Source: Octopus vulgaris | Taxonomy: Eukaryota | Length of the DNA: 64,000 nt | Assembly (NCBI GenBank): GCA_951406725.2 | Contig: OX597819.1 | Coordinates: 112,654,001 to 112,718,000, forward strand | Direction: 5' to 3' | In this document: positions 27,591 through 41,534 of the stretch, piece after piece | Numbering within the stretch: the stretch's first letter is position 1 | Layout: every line of letters begins with the position of its first letter | Notes under the pieces: generated by a model | The model's input: the letters and a program-made list of their open reading frames with translations, nothing else | Database searches by the model: none | What the model was told of the DNA's origin: nothing | Program-made: the position numbers and the translations under genes

Positions 27591-28004
27591 TTTTATACAA
27601 GAATATAAACAAGGAAATAAATATATACAAAAAATATATACAAATATATACAAGAATATATACAAGAGAAAAAAAAATTTGAGCGAGGTCGTTGCCAGTA
27701 CTGCCTGACTGGCCCCCATGCCGGTGGCACGTAAAAGCACCCACTACACTCTCGGAGTGGTTGGCATTAGGAAGGGCATCCAGCTGTAGAAACTCTGCCA
27801 GATCAAGACTGGAGCCTGGTGCAACCATCTGGTTTGCCAGCCCACAGTCAAACCGTCCAACCCATGCTAGCATGGAAAGTGGACGTTAAACGACAACGAT
27901 GATGATGATGATAAACACTGTCAGGCTCAACAGTCACAGACGAATTGTGAAAGGCATGTGTTTAGCATCATTCTCCAAGCCAGACATTTTGCCTACCATC
28001 AAGA

Positions 28005-28035
<31 letters not shown>

Positions 28036-28105
28036 CATACATACATACATACATACATAGATACATACATACATACATACATACATACATACATACATAC
28101 ATACA

Positions 28106-28136
<31 letters not shown>

Positions 28137-28589
28137 GTACATACATACATACATCTTAAAACATTAAAAACACTTAAAACAGAAATTGAAGAAGCAGTCT
28201 AGCAATACAAAATTTGAAACTTTAAACTCTGAACAACATCAGATGAAAGAACTTACAACCAACAGCTGAAAAAATGAAAATATAGATTTACAGTTTATAA
28301 ATCCAAAATGCTGAGCAGACTGTTTGTCAAAGAGTCTAAATCAGTTTGTCGTAGCTTCATTGTAAACAGTGGAGTTTCTGTAAATGATACACCATCAGAA
28401 GAATTAGAGAAAACTATTGGAACTCTATATGGAGAAGAAATAAGTTCAGCAAGCAAGCTGTTTGGATGGAAGAACTAGAATTTGGGCTAATGCAAATATA
28501 TGCAAATATATTGAACAAGAGTAGAATGAAATTAATGGCACAATAATGGAAACAGACCTAAAGAAAATGATAAGCCCAAGTAATATTTT

Positions 28590-28900
28590 TCCTATAGTGT
28601 GGGACTTACTGGCCTTTGCAACAAGTAGCAGAATGTTGTATGATGCAATCATCCCATTGTCTTGCTGCACAGTTGTTTTCTGAAATTCTAAGTTTGACAT
28701 TTTCCACTTTTTGAATGAGGTCTTAAGGTGTGAGAAATATGACAAAGGTTTTTTTTTTTACTTCTGATCAGTATGCTTAGGATATAAATAATATTTTAAG
28801 CATGAAGGCTTCATAGTTTCGTTGTCATAACACAGATGGGTAACTAACTGCTCTGAGGAGAAGCAAAAAAACCCATAAGATAAATAATCAGTACTGTATT
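28590..28900 (-). mobile_element. hAT (Buster/Charlie, ZBED8-like) transposase N-terminal remnant
   Basis: YSTDYLSYGF..LPIC followed by ASYNILLLVAKASKSHTIGK, typical of Buster-type ASYxIxxxIAKxGKPHTIGE. Confidence 0.65.
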
Positions 28901-30037
28901 CATCATCATCATCATCATCGTTTAACGTCCATTTTCCGCGCTAGCAAGGGTTGGACGGTTCGACCGGGGCCTGGGAAGCCAGGGGCTGCACCAGGCTCCA
29001 GTCTGATCTGGCATAGTTTCTGTCGAGAATTTTTCTTAAATGGAGACATTGGGGTGCTTAAAACTCATACAATACCCAGAGAAAAGTTATATTACTCAAA
29101 GCCCATTTTCAGCAATCCAACAACTTTGAGTGGCTGTCTATTTATATGAACATGCACATTGAGCCAAGAACTAGTTCCATCTTGGAATTCTCATATTTTA
29201 TCTGGCATTGTCGGTTGTGCTCTTTGAATACATCCTGTCAGAGTTCTTTGAGGTCATTGCCTGTGACAATTTTATGTGTGATCACTTGGTGTTGGCGGCA
29301 TTGGTGAGTTTATCCTGAGGTCACGTCTTAATTTTATTGGCAAAGTTGTTTTTGGCCTTCTTTTATCAGATTTATATCTGAAAAAAGAATGTCATTTTGT
29401 TCAAAGGACTATTTGAATGTTAATGACCCTTCTCAAAACTGTGGTATATACTGACAAGTTCCCCCCTTGTTTGTGAGGAACATTTATTTCTTATTCAGGA
29501 ATGTGGCCCAGTTATTCCCATCCAGCCTCTTATTTCTTGTTTTATCCATTTTTTAATACAAATTCTTTGCATTTTTTTCTTTGAATATGTTTTTTTGTCA
29601 AGTAACACATGTTGAAATAAATTCTTAATTTTCAAAACCCTACTTTGCTCATCACCTCTGGGTAATATCACACAGGCTAAGAAACTCTAATGTTGATGTT
29701 AGATGTCCAACTCAGTTAATACATTTTCATGCTTGATGTTGTGAGAGGTTTTACTGATTTCAGTTGTAACAACATTGCTTCTGCTAGAGTTCTTAACAGT
29801 GAGAGACAACTGACAAGTGATGTAGAACAAATCTTTAGGATAACTGACTCTATAGAAGGCATAACTTGTGATTACTCAAGGTGGAATTAAAGAGAAAGAT
29901 AGTTGAGAAAGGGAAGTGTGAGAGAAGGAGAGTGGAGGGAGAAGCTAAAAGTGTTTAAATAAAAAAGATTATTGTTGACAAATATTTTCCATCATCCTTC
30001 TGATAATTGAAGTGAAAGTAAAAGTCAGTCAGCAAAA

Positions 30038-30442
30038 TTAACCCTTTAATGTTCAGATTACTTTGCAAATTGTTGCAGCACGAAGTTTTGTCAGTGAACA
30101 GGTCGCAGTCTCAAAGCAACAAAAATATTTTGACAAATTAAATTTAAATGTTGAAGTGAATCTAACGGTTTTTATGTGTTTCTTAAATGGCTTATAAACA
30201 CCTTCCACGCTGCAATTGTTTTCATTCCAGCACACGACCTCAGATCAAGTCACTCGCTATGAAAGTACATCTCTGTAATGTTTTGAAATAATTTTGCTTT
30301 ATCTCAGAGCTTTGAGATTCCAATGATGAGTTTGTTTATTTCTAGAATGACATTGTAGAGTAGGTTGGATATGACCAGTTTGAACATAAAACAGGTAGAA
30401 TATTTTGGCCAGATATGACCGGTTTAAATGCTAAAGGGTTAA
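30038..30442. mobile_element. TTAA-flanked (piggyBac-like) MITE interrupted by a Penelope-type insertion at about 30075-30277
   Basis: Ends ttaaccctttaatgttc / aaatgctaaagggttaa. A related copy lies at about 53182-53427, and a different TTAA-ended MITE at about 33911-34165. Confidence 0.6.
30087..30137 (+). ncRNA. Hammerhead-like motif with variant core GUGAACA (G3/C8 swap), decayed
   Basis: tttgtca-GTGAACA-g-gtcgc(agtctcaaa)gcaac-AAAA-atat-TT-tgacaaa: 7-bp stem I, 5-bp stem II with one mismatch, palindromic stem III. The G12 position reads A. Confidence 0.45.
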
Positions 30443-31267
30443 AGACGTAAATCAAAAATCAGAAGAACTTGGTATGAGTTTGTATTTGAAGGGTCAGATT
30501 AAATGTCCCCTTTGGCAGATGGAACAAAATGTGGTCTGTTGCTAAACTATTTGCTATAGTTATCACCAATAAAAGACTTACAAAGACCTGGTCTACATCC
30601 CCCCCTCTCTAGTAACAGAAAGTATAGCAATTATCACTGATACAGAAAAATCCTTTGAAAGAATTATTCCACAGAGACAGTCTGTCTATGCTTCTGTTTA
30701 CTTTTGCACAAAAGCCACTGTCATTTCTTTGGCAAGAATTCATGGTGGTTGAAATGTCTCTGATCATGACCTGCTGGATCAAGGTTAACCTAGGGTTAAA
30801 CAACAGCATCTGTTCACACATAAGCATACATGCACTCAGACACACACACATATGCACACTAAAAAAGTTACAAACAAACATACAACCCACAATGACTCTT
30901 CATAGTAATTGCTGTGATGAAAAAGTATATCTTCAACAGAGAAATGTTGTTTAAATGGAATGACAACATGAAAAAAGATAGCCATAAATGGGTGCGAGAA
31001 TGGCTGCATAGCTAAGAAGTTTGCTTCACATCAACAGAGATCTGGGTTCAGTCCCACTGCATAGCACATTGGTCAAGTATCTTCTGTTATAACTTCAAGT
31101 TGACCAGTATCTTCTGAGTGGAATTTGACAGCAATAAACCCCATCATTTTTTACAGGTACTACACTAATATGTGTAAGTGCACACATACATGCATGAGTG
31201 CGTGCATGTATGCATGTATGCATACATAAATATAAGTAGGTGAGTGCATGTGTATCTTTTGCCAATT

Positions 31268-32062
31268 TTACGTAAAAAGCACCATCCGAATCGTGGCCGA
31301 TGCCAGCGCCGCCTCGGCTGGCTTCCGTGTCGGTGGCATGTAAAAAGCACCATCCGAATCGTGGCCGAAGCCAGTGCCGCCTCGACTGGCTTCCGTGTCG
31401 GTGGCATGTAAAAAGCACCATCCGAATCGTGGCCGAAGCCAGCGCCGCCTCGGCTGGCTTCCGTGTCGGTGGCATGTAAAAAGCACCATCCGAATCGTGG
31501 CCGAAGCCAGTGCCGCCTCGACTGGCTTCCGTGTCGGTGGCATGTAAGCACCTTCCGAATCGTGGCCGAAGCCAGCGCCGCCTCGGCTGGCTTCCGTGTC
31601 GGTGGCATGTAAAAAGCACCATCCGAATCGTGGCCGAAGCCAGTGCCGCCTCGACTGGCTTCCGTGTCGGTGGCATGTAAAAAGCACCATCCGAATCGTG
31701 GCCGATGCCAGCGCCGCCTCGGCTGGCTTCCGTGTCGGTGGCATGTAAAAAGCACCATCCGAATCGTGGCCGAAGCCAGTGCCGCCTCGACTGGCTTCCG
31801 TGCAGGTAGCACGTAAAATGCACCAATCCGACCGTGGCCGATGCCAGCCTCGCCTGGCACCAGTGCAGGTGGCACGTAAAAAGCACCCACTACACTCACG
31901 GAGTGGTTGGCGTTAGGAAGGGCATCCAGCTGTAGAAACATTGCCAGATAAGACCGGAGCCTGGTGCAGCCTTCTGGCTTCCCAGATCCCGGTCGAACCG
32001 TCCAACCCATGCGAGCATGGAGAACGGACGTTAAACGATGATGATGATGATGATGATGATGA
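31268..32062 (+). mobile_element. RTE 3' UTR retrocopy with expanded 68-bp tandem array (8 alternating A/B units plus a variant unit)
   Basis: Unit taaaaagcaccatccgaatcgtggccgaWgccagYgccgcctcgRctggcttccgtgtcggtggcatg starts at 31273, 31341, 31409 and onward. The copy ends in ggacgttaaacg(atg)n. Confidence 0.9.
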
Positions 32063-32473
32063 AGACTGGTGTTTCCACTAAACAAAATCTCTCATGTCAT
32101 GGTAAATATATCAAGTTACAGATCATCTTTTCTCATTCTTGTCATCAGAAATGCAATGAAACAATGATTGACTCATTGGAAACATGGACCCTGCAGTATT
32201 ATTTTTCACAAGTTGGGACATAAAATAAATAGATAAATACCCTGAGAAAGTACTGGAGCAGATTTCTGCGACTGTAATTTAGTACTCTGTTTCTTACTGT
32301 CTCCTTCATCTGTCAAAGATGTGGTGAAACTGAAAGGATCTGGAAGAGACAAAAAATTCCCAATTTAATCATTTTATCTAAAAAGAATCAAATAGATTAA
32401 ATAATGACTAAGTTTTCTGGTTCATAACATGCTTTACTTTATTTTATTTTATTTACCTATTAAGTAAATAAAA

Positions 32474-32736
32474 TAAGCTCTAGGACTCATATTAAGCTCT
32501 AGCACACATATTAAGCTCTAGGACTCATATTAAGCTCTAGGACTCATATTAAGCTCTAGGACACATATTAAGCTCTAGGACTCATGTTAAGCTCTAGGAA
32601 ACATATTAAGCTCTAGGACTCATTAAGCTCTAGGACTCATATTAAGCTCTAGGACACATATTAAGCTCTAGGACTCATATTAAGCTCTAGGACTCATATT
32701 AAGCTCTAGGACTCATATTAAGCTTTAGGACTCATA
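32474..32736. repeat. 19-bp minisatellite, 14 copies (taagctctaggactcatat)
   Basis: Units counted directly; variants gacacat, gaaacat, and one 17-bp unit. Confidence 0.95.
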
Positions 32737-35453
32737 ACGTTGGTTGTCTGGTTTCTGTGGTGCATAAGTGATTGAGATCACAACACACCTCCTGAATGGA
32801 ATGCTGTTCATTGCAGGGTTCAAAACCCACAATTTTGAAGGGAGGCGACAAATCGATCACATGACTGGTTCTATATTGTATCGACATGAAAGAAATGAAA
32901 GGCAAAGTTAAAAAGATGCTACAGGTGACAAAATGCAATCTTTAATTAGTAAGGTAGAATTAGAGGGAAAAGGTTTAGATAATTAATGAATATACTGTTA
33001 GAACTTTATTTGGTAAAACTATATAATTTAGTACCAAATAATTATGCATGAACAAAACTTGGTAGAATTTAGCTATTGGAAGCAATGCTTACAAACTGAC
33101 TGCAGGGTTTGTCTACAATCCAATTATCCATACAGGTAAATATTATCAAATGTTGGACAACCTGGATACTTCACTGTAGAGATCAGTTGTAAACCTATGG
33201 CCCCATTATATTCAGAAGAAGAATGTGTTTATGAGAGCGTGTGAAGCATGTGTGTGAGAGAAAGAGAGAGAGTAGGGAGGGAGAGTATGTGAGAGAGGGA
33301 GAGAGAAAGAAAGAGAGAGAAAGAAAGAGGAAGAAAGAAATAGAGAGAAAGAAATAGAATGAGTGAGAGAACGAGTGAGAGAAATGGAGAAAGAGAGAGA
33401 GAGAGAGAGAGAGAGTGAGAGAGAAAGAGAGAGAGAGAGTGAGAGAGAGAAAGTGAGAGAATCACTAAAAACAAGGAAGTTCCTCTCCACTCCACTTCAA
33501 GGCTAATCTTCAATGTAAAAGATATATCTCAAGGATAGATAGCTGAAAACTGTATTTAGAATTGCTTCCTATAAATTTACATCCATTAATACATTATTAA
33601 ACACAGCTGTAATTTACATCACTGCTATTTGCTATCAATGGTCATCATTATATTCATAAAGAATCTCATCTTCAATGTTGTCCATCACATTGCTGATTCC
33701 ATATCTCTTTTTAATGCTTTTGCAATTATTTCCACTCTCACACCTCCCACTGATGATTACACCCTCTGACAAACATACCTGTGTAATAGAAAATTGCGTT
33801 TGTCATTCTGTTTCTAAATTCTCAGCAGACAGCCGCTTGTTTCACTCTTCTTGCGTAAAACATTTAAAATGGCTTGTTGCATGAAATATCCAGTGGTTAT
33901 TATAGCAATGTTAACACTTTTGGCGCCAACTTGCCTGAGACTGCCCCTGGTTCTATGATACAAACTTCTACTTTTTAAGTGATCTAAATTAAAATCTTCT
34001 TTCAAATTTTCATGTTAATTAAAATCTTGCTTCAAATTTTCATGTTATGTTCCAATCACCGGCTTAATAACAACATAGTAATTTTATTGAATTCTTTATC
34101 ATTTTCAAAATTAAGTGAAACAATGGCAGTGCACCTCATCAGAAATATAGTAATGAAAGGGTTAAAGCACCAAGAATACATATTTATTGGATCAAAAGGA
34201 AACAAGATGAGCTTCAATTGTTTAACTTCATTGGTATACTTAAATGTTACACTAAGGATTAGATTTGATTGGATTTGCCTAATGTTCAGTCCACTGCAGG
34301 ATGAAGGCTTCAGTATGTTCACTTCACCAACTATGGTCTAATGTGATGGCTATGAATTTGAGCTTAAAATCATACTGGCTTGATGAGCCAACTCTGTCAC
34401 ACTGGCTCAACATCGCTTGGTAAAAGAATGCAGTTTTTTTATGCTCATTCCCAGGAGCAGTTACATCAATTACATCAACCCCAGTGTACAACTGGTACTT
34501 ATTTGTTACACTATGTATGTGGTATATTGAAAATATTATTCCTTTCACTCAGAAATCAATCACACCCAATAGGTTTTAGATGTATATTAATCCTTACTGT
34601 AGAGGAACTGAGTATACACAGTTCTGTGCATATGGATTTGAGACACAGGAACCAAGTTATTGCATTTTTGATAGTTGGTTACTTTCTAGAATTCTCCACT
34701 TTTCATTTGATGTAGTATACACATTTTATTATTATAGAACAATAGGAAAAGGTTGTGAGAATTGATTTGCTTACAATTAGCTTGTTATAGCACCAGCTTG
34801 TGAAGCAAAAATTTAACCAATATATTGAGGATTAAATTACATAATCCACATTCTTTTTACTGCTACTTTCTTTATTAGCTTTTAGTCATGAGGGGAGGCA
34901 GTGCCCATTTAAATGTGTGGGAGGGAGGAACATATCCTCAACCTGGAGACTTGGCAACAGAGAGAACTCTACAGAAGGTACTAGGTAGTGATGTTAAAGT
35001 AAATTGTGTATTAAGTCAACAACCTATGTTGACCATGAAAGATTTGAACTCAGAACACAAAGAACCAAAATAAGATACCTGGTCTGACGTTCTTACAGTT
35101 TAGCCAATTCAACACATTAGATTGGCATTATTTCATTCGATCTTCAAGAGATGAAAGGCAGAGCTTACCTCAGTTAGATTTGAACATATCAAGCAGTGAT
35201 TCAGAACAAATACCACATGACATTTTGTCTGAAGCTCTAACAACTCTGCTGGGTTTTAAGTAAATTCAAATATGTCAACAGTGTTTTTTATTTGTTTTTA
35301 TCATCTCCCATGACAAAAATAAAAAGTCACCATCCATGTTCACAACATGCATTCAGTTGTGTAACCATCTTATTTCCTACTTATGAAATATATGTGTAAA
35401 TGGCTGGCTATTCCACAGTGGCATCAGGCTGAATCAGGGTGTGTGTGCGTGTA

Positions 35454-35507
<54 letters not shown>

Positions 35508-37919
35508 GACCCCATTAGTAGACTGATACTAGATTTATCATTCCTGAGAGGACAACAAGAAAATTGACATTGGCTGTATTTGAACTCAGGGTACAGGAAG
35601 CCAAAATGAATAATGAAAGTCATTCTACTTTATGCTCTAATGATTCTGCAATATTTACCACCTATTCATATTAAATATGAGCATTTTGATTAAGAGTCTC
35701 ATTCAAATAATTAACACCATCCCAAACAGATAAATATAAAAGGATTGACAAGGATCTTCATTGAAAAGTTTTAAAACAGGAAGATATAAAAGCAGCCATT
35801 TTGGATATGAATATTTTAATTAACAATATCATCCAAATTATTTGCTTCATATTGAAGAAGGAGTGATAAAATTTTAAATGAAAGTGTTTTATTTTAAGGA
35901 TAAAACATTGGAAAAAGAAAAGAAAATTTCAAATTTTAATTTCAAATCAAATTTAAGGAATGTTTTATCATGTGTGAAAGAATAAAAAATATGAAAAGTT
36001 TTCTGAATAAAAAAGAAAAACATGGAAAAAAGATTTATTGAAAGATGAAACAATGTACCAAAAAAGATATTTAAAGCATTTTCTCTAAAGACAAATGAAA
36101 CAATTTTAAAAAAGACATCTTGAAGATACACGAATCATTCAAATTTCAAATTAAGCATGCGTAATTTTTTCCCCAAAAATTTCATAGTAAAAAAAATTAT
36201 GCTTCTTTTTAGAATGAATGTTTTGACAAGAAATATCATGAAAGTATGAATACTGTACATAGAAAACATTTTGTGCAAGAATATTATCAGCAAAAAATAA
36301 ATTTCAAATATAAAAGTATCCAAAAAATAACCTTATATAACATTTTGAAAGAGGAAAATTGGAAAACGTTCTCAACTCAGAACAGTTATTAGAAACTAAG
36401 GTTTTTTTTGCATGTAAACAATAATTTCATAAATTTCTTTATGCCAAAAAAAAAAAAAAAAAATCACAAAAATTCAACAAAGTCAGCAATACTCAATGTT
36501 TGCTGTGAAATTAAAGTTAGAATATTGTTTATAGAATTTAACATTTATAAATGTGTTGTATGTTATGTGTGTGTATGTGTTTATATATATATATATATAA
36601 TGTATAATACATTTATATATATATATCATCATCATCATCATCATCATCGTTTAACGTCCGCTTTCCATGCTAGCATGGGTTGGACGGTTCAACTGGGGTC
36701 TGGGAAGCCCGAAGGCTGCACCAGGCCAGTCAGATGTGGCAGTGTTTCTACAGCTGGATGCCCTTCCTAACGCCAACCACTCCGAGAGTGTAGTGGGTGA
36801 TTTTATGTGCCACCGACACAGGTGCCAGACGAGGCTGGCAGACGGCCACGCTCGGATGGTGTTTTTTATGTGCCACCGACACAGGTGCCAGACGAGGCTG
36901 ATATATATATATTTAGTAGTAGTAGTAGTAATAATAATAATAATAATAATGATAATAATAATCCATGGAGGGAATTTATGAATATTTTAATGTGTTGCTA
37001 TGCATGTTTCCCCAAATCGCATGTTTCTGAAGATCATAGTCCGTATTGCTGGGATTATTACAGTACAGTCCATAGTATCCATGGACATCGAGTAGATCAT
37101 ATTCATGCATTAATTTCTTGCCCAGCTTGTGCCAGCTCGCCACCTTTATGGATGCTAAATTATGATGATGATGATAATGATGATGATTTTGGCCTATGGG
37201 GTCTATAACATTCTTTTATTTGTTTCAGCCATTTGACTGTGGCCATGCTGGAGCACCACCTTTAGTCAAACAAATCAACCCCAGGACTTATTCTTTGTAA
37301 GCCTAGTGCTCAATCTAACAGTTTCCCACGCTGAACTGCCAAGTTACGGGTGGTGGGGGGATACAAACACACCAACATCGGTTGTCAAGCGATGGTGGAG
37401 GGGACAAACACAGACACACAAACATACACACACACACATGTATGTATGTATGTATGTATGTATGTATATACATACATATATACGATGGGTTTCTTTCAGT
37501 TTCCGTCTACCAAATCCACTCACAAGGCTTTGGTCGGCCTGAGGCTATAGCAGAAGATACTTGCCCAAGGTGTCACAAAAGTGTCATAGATTGCCATAAA
37601 TTGTAAATGCTATTTTGTTTCAGTCACATCTTTTGTCTCTATTTTTGTCTGTTTCCTCTTTGGCTGACACAAGGGGGCAGGGTTGTCAATGGAAGGGTGT
37701 AAGAAAGTATAAGTGAAAGATAAGAGGTGACAATAAAGCAAAAATAACACTTTATTCACAAACAGACAGACAAATATAAAAGATTAACAATGCATTGTTT
37801 CAATCCTATAACAACAGGTGTATATAATTACAACATGTTAGTTGATTATGGTTGGGCAGTTTTAAATTAATTTGTTCTGACAGCTGCGTAAAACACTTAT
37901 TGTCACAAGAGAGCAAAAC

Positions 37920-37987
<68 letters not shown>

Positions 37988-38127
37988 CGGCGGTGGTGGT
38001 GGTGGTGGTGGTGGTGGTGGTGGTGGGTTTTTTTTTCCTTTCCACTTTAGGCACAAGCCAGAAGAAATGCTGCTTGACATTTTGTCAGACAAGCTAATGA
38101 GTCTGGCAGCTCACTGCCTTATGCAAT

Positions 38128-38159
<32 letters not shown>

Positions 38160-39755
38160 CGACAACGACAACAATAATAATGATCATAGTAATCCTTTCA
38201 AATTTTAGAAATTGCATACACATATAATATAGATACATATTTTTACTAATACACACAGATACGTTCATGCACACACATATGCATACATTTACATATGTAT
38301 ACATACACACTCATATTTACATAGAAATAGATATAGAGAACCATAACACACACAATAATCAAAAGAAGAAATGATCTAAATATGACATATTTTCTGGTTA
38401 GCTTGATTAGGTTACCCCCATTCACTTAATCACTTCACAAATTGTACACGGGTGCAACCAAATGCACTAGTAAACATTTTAAGGCATTTACTCTTTTACT
38501 CCTTTACTTGTTTCAGTCATTTGACTGAGGCCATGCTGGAGCACCGCCTTTAGTCGAGCAAATTGACCCCAGGACTTATTCTTTGTAAGTCTAGTACTTA
38601 TTCTATCAGTCTCTTTTGCCGAACCGCTATGTTACGGGGATGTAAGCACACCAGCATCGGTTGCCAAGCGATGTTGGGGGGGGGGACAAACACAGACACA
38701 CAAACATTTACACACACATACATACGTATATATATATATATATATATATACATATATACGACGGGCTTCTTTCAGTTTCCATCTACAAAATCCACTCACA
38801 AGGCTTTGGTCAGACCGAGGCTATAATAGAAGACACTTGCCCAAGGCACCATGCAGTGGGACTGAACCCAGAACCATGTTGTTGGTAAGCAAGCTACTTA
38901 CCACACAGCCACTCCTGCGCCTATGCATCTGATAATAAAAAATGCGAACATCTTAAGGGTAGCCACCTATGTTTTAGCTTTATTTATTAACTGTTTGTTT
39001 GATTTTCAAAGAACAATGTTACCATTGTTTATTTTTGTCTTCTGTATTTTATTCACTATTTTCCAGAGGAGAGATTTCATCTTACCAGTTTTCTGTTATT
39101 TCATGTTATTCTCTGTGATTTTTACTTTTTTTTTCCCCACTTCCTATTTTTGTTTATAACAATTTCTTCCTTATCACTTTATGAAGGTATGGTTCTACAA
39201 GCTGGTATTATAAGGAGATGGAAGTATTTGCTCATCTATTTGCAATACTGAGCCTAAAGATATTTCATGCATAACCTCCAGACTTTTAGCTGATGGGGAT
39301 CTGGAAACTGGAGATTCTAATTCTTTTTGTTGGTTGATTTTCATTATTTTTCTTGTTTTTGCTTCACATTTTCAGTCCTTTTCAGTGTTTCACTGTGAGA
39401 AATATGGCAACAAGGTTTCCTACTCTATACCATTAATCACATAACATATGTCTCAGCACCTCCTTCTGGGTATATTTCTGTTATACCTCTGTGACATTCA
39501 GTGGGTAGAGGGAGACGAGAGGTCATCAGAATTGGCAAGTCCATTTTGATCCCTTTACCACAGGTCACCACTAGCCATGGGTCCATGTCATGTCCAATGT
39601 CTCTTATTGTAAGTATTGTGTTTCTTTGACCCGTGTTCTAAGCTACAAATATATAGTCACATGTATAGAACATAATATACATGTGAATAAATATACATAT
39701 ATATATATATACACACACACACACATATATATGTATATATACATATACAAATATA

Positions 39756-39819
<64 letters not shown>

Positions 39820-40591
39820 ATATATATATATATCCTTTAAATTGGTTTTTGTGATTTTTTGAATATGCATATAAAAGTACCTATTCCATTATGCCAGCTA
39901 CAGCCAAATGAGGCCAACTGGCAATAGCAGATTTTTAGGGTTGCACCAAGTTGTGTCAGGAGAAATGGGGAATATCGTTTATAAGGTGTATATATATGGG
40001 CAACACACACACACACACACTCACACATTGCATACATGTGTTTTGTATGCATACATGTTTGTGTGTGTGTGTTTGTGAGACTGAAGCTATTCATACATAC
40101 ATAACAACCCCTCTCTCTCTGTTTTTGCCTGTCAATCACTCACTAAAAAGACGAAATTTTAAAAATCTGTTATCTCTCTCTCTTCCTTCTCCCTCTCTTT
40201 ACACCGTCGCTAGAAGGGGACTTAACTCATGTTTGTATACAATGGTTGATTTCTCCACTGTGAAAATTGTTAAGTTATGGTTCAAAATCATTTTTACCAC
40301 TATTTGCTGGTGCCTCGGGGGAAAATAATTTGATGATAATACAGCTATGATTGTGATGAATGTCCTCCTAAAATTTGAGCAACATGCTTGCTAATTTGTG
40401 GATGTGCATAAACTACATTCATGTACACACACATCCTGCCTTTTATATATACAGATATATATATACACACATATGTTTACACACCCATATATATATATCT
40501 GTATATGTGTATATGTGTGTGAATGTGCATGTATGTATGTTTGAATATATGTATGCATATGTATGTATGTATGTATATATATGTACGTATT

Positions 40592-40708
<117 letters not shown>

Positions 40709-41045
40709 CACATACATTGAAACCATTAAGAGTATATTTCCTCTGTTAATCTTCTGGACTTGAAACATCTACTGAACATAGCCTCGAAAGGTTAAGAGGG
40801 CATCCCATTTACTGACTGATGACGCTTAAGTATGAACTTGTGCAATCACGTCCACCATCAATTACAGTTTATCAGGAATTTCCATTTATTTCAAGTACAT
40901 GACAAGAGAGTATTTAAGTAGTTGCCAGGCGGAAAATACATAGATACGAGTGTATACAACTGTGTGAGTCTCTGCGTGTGCATGTGTGTGTGTGTGTGTG
41001 TGTTGTGTTGTGTGTGTGTGTGTGTGTGTATGTGTGTGTGTGTGT

Positions 41046-41081
<36 letters not shown>

Positions 41082-41082
<1 letters not shown>

Positions 41083-41210
41083 TACTCCTTTTACAGAGTT
41101 TGACCAACTCCTGTACCGACACCTTAGCACTAACATGGCTTCTGATGTGGCTTTTTAAACCAGACAAAGTTCTGAAAAGACACCCACATAAATTGCACCT
41201 CTGATTTGGA

Positions 41211-41212
<2 letters not shown>
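41082..41212 (-). mobile_element. LINE (RTE-like) C-terminal C2H2 zinc-finger fragment with (CA)n tail
   Basis: RCNLCGCLFRTLSGLKSHIRSH; isolated, with no splice context. Confidence 0.45.
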
Positions 41213-41273
<61 letters not shown>

Positions 41274-41479
41274 TATGTGTATATACAAAGAACCTGCACT
41301 GAAAGTCGACCCAGGCTGCATCTACAACTGCCCATAACCTGTGCAGTGAAAACACATGTAGGTCATAAAGACCATAAGAACATGTTGTATAAAATTGTAA
41401 GATAAGAGGAAATAAATTTTGAGGATGAACAAATCTCCATGTTCTACATCATTATAATTATTACTAGAATATATATATG

Positions 41480-41521
<42 letters not shown>

Positions 41522-41534
41522 GTGAAATAGAAAG

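Noticed and set aside
31273-31880. CRISPR-like array of regular repeats with internal palindromes (also 14072-14380 and 32474-32736)
   Set aside because: No unique spacers and no cas genes; eukaryotic context; the 62-68 bp arrays lie inside RTE 3' UTRs.
31095-32085. Long ORFs of 263-306 aa (also 13937-14521 and 54275-54910)
   Set aside because: They result from stop-free tandem repeats or microsatellites and show no domain signal.
35700-36560. Very A-rich stretch with hydrophobic minus-strand ORFs, resembling organelle DNA
   Set aside because: No recognisable mitochondrial gene, tRNA or rRNA motif; treated as low-complexity sequence.
39180-39642. Possible minus-strand exon after a ttgtag acceptor (similar complex sequence at 52400-52640 and 44570-44840)
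   Set aside because: Stops occur early in all frames. Faint EGRKP-C-like remnants suggest decayed retroelement ORF1 sequence, too weak to call.
40812-40850. CTGATGA hammerhead core
   Set aside because: No GAAA box or closing stems follow it.
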